64,000 nt of DNA, from NCBI RefSeq assembly GCF_006345805.1, contig NC_043006.1, positions 42,718,001 to 42,782,000 of the forward strand, read 5' to 3'. The DNA comes from Octopus sinensis. Its lineage: Eukaryota. Shown piece by piece: positions 53,795-64,000 of the stretch. The notes beneath the pieces were generated by a model. It searched no databases, was not told the origin of the DNA, and worked only from the letters and a program-made list of their open reading frames with translations. Each line of letters starts with the position of its first letter. Position 1 is the stretch's first letter. The translations under genes and the position numbers were made by a program.

Positions 53795-55400
53795 GTATTT
53801 CACTAGCACTTTTGCCAAACTTTTTTTTCAAGAGTGGTAGACTTTGAGGCCAACTTTGACAGTTTTCTACAATTTTTGAAGAGGTAATCTGAGTGTTGCA
53901 AAAAGCTAATTTCAACTGATGAAATGATGGATGTGCTCAGCTGTTCTTCAGGGTTTAAACCATTATGATTAGTAAAGGGATGACCTCCATCTGCTAAACT
54001 TGTTTGCTCCTGTCCTGGCAACCATCTACTCCAGGTAGAACCAGAGTGGAAGCATCACCAATCAAGTGAGCCAGGAGATAGTGACACTGCTGAAGAAGGA
54101 TTTTAATGAGGGGAATGTGATTAAAAATTTTAGACCCATAACTCTGCTCAACACTGAATTAAAGATTTTAGCAAAGGTGCTCACCTAGAGGCTGGTTTGT
54201 TGTTAGTAGTATAGTTGAAGATGTACAAACCTGTGCGATCCTCTGCAGGTCTATCCACAACAACCTCTACTTCATTATAGAAAGGGTCGATCTGGTTTTG
54301 GTGGGACACAGGTCAGTTTGGATCACTTCAAGGTATTCAACAGGGTGGACCATAGCTACCTGGAGTCTGTCCTAGGAGCTGTTGGTTTCAGTTGCATCTT
54401 CAAGGCTGCATCATCACAATGTATGGTGGCATCTGCTTTATGGCTAAATTAAGCAGTCACCTCCCAGAACTTTTCGTCATTGAATATTTGGTCCATCAAA
54501 GATGCTACACTCTCATCTCTTTTGAATGATTAAGCTCTGGAGCCTTTGTTGCAGAAGATGGAAAGTCTTGCAGAATACTCTGCTGAAACTGGGTCACAGG
54601 AGGAATGTGTCTGCGGATGTGGATGATGTCACTGCTATGCAGTTGGACAGCTCAGATATAAAAGTGATTGACTCCATATTGAGGGAATGTACAGGAGCAG
54701 ACAGACTAGGACAAGTCCATGGGCTTGCAACTAGGCACTTAGAAAGTAAAGTACAGGTTGACCTGTGGCGATTTCTGTCCACTAGTTTATGAGCTTAGAG
54801 TCTGATCTGGATCAGATATCCAGATGAATAGGAAAGGGCAAGAGATGGAAAGCATGGTGAGCAATCTCACTCAGAAATGGGCCCAGAGGAAGCATGGTGA
54901 ACAATCTCATTCAAAAATCGGCCCAGAGGAAGCATAGTGAACAATCTCACTTAGAAATGGGCCCAGAGGAAGTATGGTGAACACTCTCACTCAGAAATGG
55001 GTCCAGAGGAAGAATGGTGAAAAATCTCACTCAGAAATCAGCCCAGAGGAAGTATGGGGAACAATATCACTCAGAAAACAGCCCAGATGAAGCTGACCTT
55101 GAAAGGTCAGACAGATGTAGCTGATGCATACATTGCCTTGCTACTGTGTGCTACTGCCTGACCATTGTACATTGTCCTAAGAGCCATCTAACCTGAGAGG
55201 AGTGCTTGTGTACATTTTTTATGGAAGAGTTAAGTTTCACTGGTCAAGAAATCAGTCTGCTCCCAATACCCACTCTATGGTGGTCTCAGAATCCTGTCAT
55301 GTCCTTGACAAGCTGAGGCTGGCACAGCTACAGAAATGTCTGGATCACTACATTGGTGTTGATGACAATGAAACTGGAAGAGGGCACTTTCAGTGCCTTG
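53795..55400 (+). pseudogene. Decayed Tx1/L1-type LINE reverse transcriptase
   Basis: NFRPITLLNTELKILAKVL, QTCAILCRSIHNNL, SLDHFKVFNRVDHSYL, ALEPLLQK, SADVDDVT and FLWK...GGLR across stops and frameshifts; absent from the ORF track. Confidence 0.8.
54851..55090 (+). repeat. 40-bp minisatellite x6 inside the Tx1 RT
   Basis: agcatggtga(a/g)caatctcactcagaaatgggcccagagga at an exact 40-bp period. Confidence 0.95.
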
Positions 55401-56212
55401 GAAATTGCAGAGTAATCTGGGCCTTTTTGTGTAAGATTTTTCCTTGAATTACCCGAGGTGAACTACCCAACTATTAGGGATTTTATCTTTTTTCTGAATT
55501 GTATTTTTATATCTTTTATTATATCCTCATTGCTTTTGATTCCATCATTGGTGTATTGTCTTCACCATCTGACATTGCCCTCATTCTCTTGGGCCCTTTA
55601 GGCCAATAAAGGAAATTACTGTTATTACTAGCATTCTACTTTTTCATCATCATCATCATCGTCATCGTCATTGTCATCGTCATCGTCATCATCATCATCG
55701 CCATTATTAAGGTGGCAAGCAGGTAAAACCATTAGCATGCTGAACAAAATACTAAGCAACATTTCATCTATCCTAACGTTTTGAGTTCAAATTCTATTGA
55801 AGTTCTTTGCCTTAAATCCTCTCAGGAGTCAATAAAAAAAAATACCAGTTGAACACTGGGACCATGTCCTTGTGCCAAAATTTAAAATCATTAACCTCCT
55901 CCACTCTCCCCTCTTCCTCCCCTCCCCCCTCTTCCTTGTACTCATCATCTTCATCATCATTATTATTAAGGTGAATGAAATGCTTAGTAGTATTTTATCT
56001 GTTTTTTACATTCTGAGGTCCAATTCCACTGAGGCCAGCTTTGCCCTTTCATCCCTTCAGGGTTAATAAAATAAGTACCAGTTGGGCACTGGGGTTGATG
56101 TAATCAACTAGCCCCACCCTCAACATCGCAAACCTTGAGCCTATAATAGAAAGGATAATTATCATCATCATCAATATTGTTATTATTGTCATTATTATTA
56201 TTATTATTATTA

Positions 56213-57338
56213 TTCAGTAGTTTTATTTTTATAGCGTGCTTTCACTTCACTACCGAGCACAGCTCTGTGTGCCTTGGGTATGTGCTGTGATTTGTTGTGA
56301 TGCTCTGATGAGTTGCGTGTTCTGCATAGGATGTGTGCAGTGCCTAGTAGTGCAATTTTCTGTATGTTATATGTGTTTGTAAGTCCTGGTTTTTTTTGTT
56401 ATGTATTTGTCTGAATATTTTTTTATCATGCCTAATGCACCTACTATGATAGGAATTGTTTCTGTTTTCAGGTTCCACATTCTAGTTACCTACCTCTATT
56501 TCCAGGTCTTTGTATTTTGAGAGTTTCTCCATTTCTTTTAGAGACACGTTGTCATCTGCCGGTATTGATACATCAATTAGAAAGCATTTTTTTTCTTCAT
56601 GATCTCTGACAACTATATCTGGTCTGTTGGCCTTAATTTCTCTATCTGTGTGTATCGGCATATCCCAAGTATGGTTGCTTTCTCGTTTTCTGTGACCTTT
56701 TCTAGTGTGTGCCTATACCATCTTTTTTCTGTTGTTATTCCATAATGTTGGCATAGCTTCCAATGTATGTAGGTTCCAACTCTGTCATGTCTGTGAATAT
56801 ATTCCTTCTTAGCCAGGACTGGGCAGCTAGAGATAATATGATTTATTGTTTCTTGTCCATCTCCACATATTCTGCAGTTACTTGTAGTATTTCTTTTCAT
56901 TACATGTTTTTGGTAATTTCTGGTGGGGAGGCTTTGGTCTTGTGCTGCAATTAAAAATCCCTCTGTTTCTGCTTTGAGTCCTGAGCTTCTCAACCATTGC
57001 TGGGATTTTTCTTTGTCTATTTCTTTTGCGTTTAGTTTAGTGCAGTATTTACCATGAAGGGGCTTTTCTTGCCATCGTTTTATCATGGCTCGTTGCTGTT
57101 CTATTTTTAGTTTGGATTTCATTTGTTTTATAGCTTTTGTTGTTTCTTCATCATCTTCTTCTTCTTCTTTGTGTTTATTAGGTGGTATGATTTCTTGTTT
57201 GTATTTGCAGCTTCCTTAAATACTGAGAACAGTTTTTTGTTTTGCTCGTGTTTTGCTGCTATCTGGATCAGTTTTCCTTCCTTCTGAAGTAGGTATTTTT
57301 GCAGTTCTATGGTGGTTATTTTATAGTAGTTTTCCAGC

Positions 57339-57339
<1 letters not shown>
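56213..57339 (-). mobile_element. Dong/R4 copy, 5'-truncated, flanked by (TTA)n
   Basis: Reverse-complement match to 37983-39100, with frameshifts. Confidence 0.95.
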
Positions 57340-57402
<63 letters not shown>

Positions 57403-57442
57403 CATTATTATTACTATTATTATTATTATTATTATTATTATT

Positions 57443-58119
<677 letters not shown>

Positions 58120-58126
58120 CATTATT

Positions 58127-58645
58127 GAGTGAGAGAGCAGTGCATACCATCAAAGTGACACTGGGGTAAAATTTACGAAGCCCAATATACCCATCATGAC
58201 TACCCGTCTGATAAGGGTACACCAGGAACATGCATCACAACCATATGTGCGCAACATGGTGATCTCATATCAAGATAAACAGCACATGACCTTACAGGTG
58301 GGGCCCAGTTAGAATTTTCTTCAGGTTGAGTAGCCCATCCCGCTCAAAAGGTCCCTGAATAAGGGTTGTTTAAGGATGTTGAAAGAACCACCCATGTTTC
58401 CAGAGGTGAATTATTCAAACCCCAAAGAATCCCTCTCAACACATGGCTATGATGCTCCCCCACTACTTCTGCTCGTGATCAGAGATGCACATATCGTCAG
58501 CCACTAAGGGACATGCTCAACTGGTTAAGGTCAAACAACTGACAAGCAAATCTGTGGTATTGAGCAGAATATTTGCTGTAGCCCATCTTTTATACCAAGA
58601 CAAAACAATGTACATGATAACACTTCCAATCAGTTAAGATCAGAA
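58127..58645 (-). mobile_element. E545 element, ~35 nt short at the 5' end, in (TTA)n
   Basis: Homologous to 57443-57965. Confidence 0.85.
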
Positions 58646-58654
58646 TATTATTAC

Positions 58655-58719
<65 letters not shown>

Positions 58720-58949
58720 ATTATTATTTATTATTATTATATCTAGATGGCAGATTGGCAGAATAGGTAAATCATTGGATGAAATGCCTTGTGACATTTC
58801 TTCTGGTCCTTTACATTCTGAGTTCAAATCTCATAATTTGCTTTCCATTCCTCCCATGTCGATAACATATTTTGACAGTCAAGCACAAGGGTTGATAGCA
58901 ACAACTAACACCTTTTCCTTGTTCCTAAATTGGAAACCATTATTAATAT

Positions 58950-58998
<49 letters not shown>

Positions 58999-59490
58999 AT
59001 TGGGTTCATTGCAGCAAACTGTGGAATTCTTCAGCTGTACTGATCTGTATCGAGCGCTACCAAATTACCTTACAAACTGCCACCTTATACTATCAACTTA
59101 ACTAATATCCCAAACCTCCCTTGTCCTTACCACTCTATAACCATTCCTTAAATAGTCACCAACACCACCACCACCACCACCCATCGGCACCACCACCGCC
59201 ACCACCACTGCCATGCTACTACCACTGCATTTCTTCAACTCCATCTACATCATTAACCAAACCACCACCACCCAAACTAATCAAACAGCCAAGCCCTGCT
59301 CCACCCCACAGTCACCCCACCCCCTTCCCTGCATCATGTTCTGCAAAACGGCAACTAGCAGCACCTCTATCATCACCACTCTTTCTCTACTGAAATTTCC
59401 ACCAATTCCATCCTACCATTCCTAAATATATATACATACATACACACATATATATGCACATGTGTAAATACACACACACACATATGTATA

Positions 59491-59576
<86 letters not shown>

Positions 59577-59721
59577 ATATATGCATGTACATATACATAC
59601 ATATATATATATATATATGTATGTATATGTATATATATGTGTGTATATATGTTTATATACATACTATATACATATATATATATGTGTGTGTATATATAGA
59701 TATATATATATATATATACAT

Positions 59722-59759
<38 letters not shown>

Positions 59760-60038
59760 CCAGAGAAACCAACCAACCGCTATGAGCCAAATGAGGTGTG
59801 CTTTCCATTTATGACATTTTATGAAACGCAGCTTCATTGTAACATTGTATTCCAGTTTTTTCTCTGTGCGTATGCATGCATTCATGTATGTATGTATGAC
59901 TCTTGCATTCTATGTATGCATGTTTGTGTTTGTCTACAGGTATATCTAGCTATCAGCTTTGCATGTACATTCAACTTTATTTATCTTTCCCTCAATTTCT
60001 GTCTCCCCTTCTAAATATATATATAAACGTGTGTGCCC

Positions 60039-60081
<43 letters not shown>

Positions 60082-60157
60082 ATATATATGTGTGTGTGTA
60101 TATATATATATATGTTTATATATGTGTATATGTATATATACATACATATATATATAC

Positions 60158-60188
<31 letters not shown>

Positions 60189-60296
60189 CACACATATATA
60201 CATATATATATATGTATATATATACGTATATATGTATATATATGTATATATACATATATATATATACATATATATATGTATATATGTGTGTATATG

Positions 60297-60349
<53 letters not shown>

Positions 60350-60410
60350 GCATATATATACATACATACATATATACATACATACATATATATAATATAT
60401 ATATATATAT

Positions 60411-60453
<43 letters not shown>

Positions 60454-61792
60454 ATATACATACATATATATATATACATATATATATGTGTGTGTGTATA
60501 TATATGTAAATACATACAGAATGATGCCTACAAATATATACATGCTTGTATATGACTGTTTGGTTTATCTGACATACAGAAGCCACCTTTTCTTTCTCCC
60601 TCTCTCTCTCTCCCTTAACACACAAACACAGATACACATATTGATATACACACAGATACACACCATAGATTCCTCAATTTCCTCAGTCATCCTTATTAAA
60701 GTCCATCATGCAGCTTTCTCTATCCCTGCCACCCCCTCTCTCTCTCACTCTCTCTCTATTTCTCTCCCTCACACAACACAATGCATGCTCACGCTCTCTA
60801 TATAACTCTTTGTCATACCTTCTTTGTCTCTTTCTTTGTTTGTCTTTACAAGCGCTCTCACATACACTCACACACACACACACACATGTGCACATGCTCA
60901 CATACACACGCACACACATCTCTGCGTCGACTAATAAACAACAGGAAACATTGCTCTGCGTTTCTCGCTAGTTTCACAATAATTTCCAGCTGATAATATA
61001 CATTCGGTTGTGAATAGTGGATGCCTTATTGTTCAACAGGTCTCGTATATGTATATGTATGTGTATATATGAGCATATACGTGTGAGTGTGTGCCACACA
61101 CACGCACACACACATACACATATATATATATACATATATGTATTACACTGTTGAACAATAATGCAGTCACCGTCTGCCATTCACCTCTAAATCTTCACGC
61201 ACACGCACATACACACACACAATCATACATTTATTAATTTTTACAAGGTAAAATTTGATAGTAACTTCGAAGTTTCTACTTGCTCACCATAATCAGTTTC
61301 TGACTTGTTTGGGAGTTTTTTGGTTTTATATAGTTTTTGGCAAGTTGCTTTTTGTAGGTGTAGTTATGTGAATGTGCATTAGGTGTGGTGTAGGTAGACA
61401 AGAAATGTTGTCATATAGATAGGGTGGAATACTGAAGGGTTGCAGGTAAGTATCTGTTTGAAAGAATGTAAATTTTATAGAAAGATATGGTGGAGAAAGT
61501 TATTTTGGTCTGTTATAGGAATTCTGAGATTGTTTAGGGTTCAGTCAAGCATGAAAACATGTAAAGAGATATGTTGAATTCAGGTCACAATACTCTTTGT
61601 ATCTAAGGTTAGTTTTAGGGCTATATTAGGGTTCATGCAGCATAGGTCAGATTAAGAATGAGCTTGGTGATGATTTTCTTAGCTTTCTATTAAGATATCT
61701 TGTACTGAGTATTTTGAGGCTCGATTTGGAAGATAAGGTTACCATAAATGTTCGTTAAAGATTTCTAATCTGTTTCTATAATAACTGTTTGT

Positions 61793-61830
<38 letters not shown>

Positions 61831-62280
61831 CTACGTTGGTATATTTTATAGATACATATGTCTATTTGTATATAAGTATGCATGGATATGTATAAACATT
61901 TGCATACTTATATGTTGTTTATTCATATATATGAGTTTCTGGATATATATATATCTGTGTGCACCATTCTCATGTATTTATCCGTATGTAGAGTTAACAA
62001 TAAACAGTCACTGCCATACATTTGATCATGCTTAGATAACATAGACACTCACACACACAAACACACACACACACACACATACACTCATACGCACATACAT
62101 ACAGACATTCATATATAGATTTATTGGTTAATTTGTTGTTTATGGGGAAAAAAAACCATTCCATGCCTTAACTGAGAACCCAATAGCTTAAGGGCAAAAT
62201 ATTTATCTAAGTTATGTAAAAGTGATTGAAGCAGAAGGCCTCTTGTTGCAGTCACTTTTAATATCACTTATATGCATATA

Positions 62281-62311
<31 letters not shown>

Positions 62312-62369
62312 TTATATACAACACATTCACATAACACACACATACATATACATGTATGTGTTAAACATG

Positions 62370-62401
<32 letters not shown>

Positions 62402-62414
62402 TATATATACATGT

Positions 62415-62448
<34 letters not shown>

Positions 62449-62989
62449 TACCCAAGTATGCAGTATTGTAGATCCACTTCAAGTATTAGATAACCAGATA
62501 TTAGATAACTGGTCAGCTATCTAAACCAAGTGCTCTTCAGAGATGTTGGGTACAGAAAAAATATAGTTATTGCTCTCTGATTATTGGAGATTATAAATAT
62601 CACATCTGGTTTGTGGGTGCTATAAAAAAATGAAATGAAGTTGTAGGAGACAAGTTTGTAAAGGATATATCAAGAATTAAGTCTTTTGGCTCCAAAGTAT
62701 ATGAGTTAGCTGTAAAGCAGCAAAAGCTTGGACACTGAAAATATGAACATGGAGGTTTAAGGGGTAGGTATATATGTTGAGAGTTCAGGGAAGATTCAGT
62801 GGGTGTTGAAGCCTATGTTTGGGCACCTATGTTTGTGCATGTGTTCATGTGTGAATGGTTTGCTGGGTTTTCAGGATATGATAGTGGGAGGGATGATGGT
62901 GAATAATGTAATGATTATGGTCATGGTGAGCCCTTAGGTAAGAAAGTATATATCTTCTCCCATGTGGGCACAGGCCTAAAATCTCATTC

Positions 62990-63370
62990 TTGTAATTTAG
63001 GTAGATGTCCAGATGATGAGAATTTTTTAATATGATTCTTTACTTGGTTAAATATAATCTGAATTTTCTGCTGCTGTTACAATAACGCTTGCCTCTTCTC
63101 AAAGATTTTCCACCTGATGTAACCCATGGTACTTTCCCTTAATGACTAAGCATGTCTAGCCATGACTGTGATTTGCTTGTCTTAGATATTGAAGGAGTAC
63201 TTATGGCTGTTGCATCTGATCCTGAAAGGATACTCAGTTGTGCCCACATACCTCTACACATCTGAATGTCCATTGGAGCCTTTGACTGTCTCTGTGTTGC
63301 AGTATCTTCTAAGATGACATCTGATGTTGCCTCTGCATGCCTCCTGACTTCTACAGAGTTTCTGTCTACA
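62990..63370 (-). pseudogene. Penelope-like element GIY-YIG endonuclease remnant
   Basis: Minus-strand translation YVGTTEYPFRIRCNSHKYSF...IRWKIFEK...IIL...LN fits the PLE GIY-YIG pattern YxGxT..F..R...H..SF; contains stops. Confidence 0.6.
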
Positions 63371-63714
63371 AAACTTCCTCACAAGGCACTGGTTGGCCCA
63401 GAGCCATGTGGCCCTAGGTGCCACATAGTGGGACAGAAACTGTAATTACATGGTTGCAAAGCAAGCTGTTTAACCACACAATCATGCTTGCACCTGTTCA
63501 TACATTTTGAAATATGCCTTTCATTCAAGGCCAATAAAATTAAATACCAGTCATATATTGTAGTCAATAATGTGGACCGGAGTTTCTCAACAATTTTTTA
63601 CCTAAGGGACCCTTTCATTACTATTTTACCCATATATTGTTGGCATCCTTTTGTCTTAGGAGACAATTGAGTTGCACATAAAATAATCCAGTCTGATTTT
63701 TACATTTCATGTCC

Positions 63715-64000
63715 TTTACATCTCCTGCTGTGGCTGTGTAGTCCTATCCTGGACAAACACTCCCTCTGGCAGGTGATGCAGATGTAGCGAAGACTTTTGC
63801 CTGGCTGGTTGTGATGTCATGGTTTCTTGCTGTTGTCTTTTTTTGTCTTTCCATTTCTCTTCTCTCCATCTGTCACTCCTTTGTGTTCCCTCTTCTATGG
63901 TGCATTACCAATCTCCATGGTTGCTGGCAACCGCTTCTCAGTTGCTAATATTGATGTTGCAGACCTTCATATCCCATTTGCAGACATCTTTGTATCGTAA
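63715..64000 (-). pseudogene. RTE-BovB-type LINE C-terminus remnant, continuing beyond the window
   Basis: LRYKDVCKWDMK...YICITCQRECLSRIGLHSHSRRC. Confidence 0.8.

Noticed and set aside
59903-60805. 300-aa YI/HT-rich ORF and dozens of similar ORFs
   Set aside because: Translations of (TA)n, (CA)n and (TACA)n tracts.

Overview
AT-rich, microsatellite-saturated eukaryotic DNA with no confidently identifiable host gene. The repeat families look cephalopod, probably Octopus; this is inferred from recall of the repeats, not from a search. There is a 100-N gap at 52638-52737. Content: three tRNA-headed SINE families in dozens of copies; a 5'-truncated RTE LINE with a Cys-rich finger (24578-27297); (TAA)n-embedded R4/Dong-type REL-endonuclease retrotransposons (longest 36281-39100, plus three shorter copies and two other REL families); decayed Tx1/L1, RTE-BovB and Penelope GIY-YIG remnants; Tc1 and DD37D/maT transposon fossils; and several MITEs. 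The main signal not visible in the ORF track is RNA structure: at least five unrelated repeat families carry minimal type-I hammerhead ribozyme (HHR) cores. The best case is a young 398-bp head-to-tail repeat (20939-21654) with two identical, perfect minus-strand HHRs and a palindromic helix III, the architecture of a non-LTR retrozyme or Penelope pLTR, predicted to release a 398-nt circularisable RNA. A second family joins a tRNA-like Pol III head, an (AAT)n spacer and an HHR (29218-29677). A third theme is colonisation of (TAA)n tracts by Dong elements and by an ORF-less ~545-bp element with fixed ends. All folds were read by eye and none was computed.
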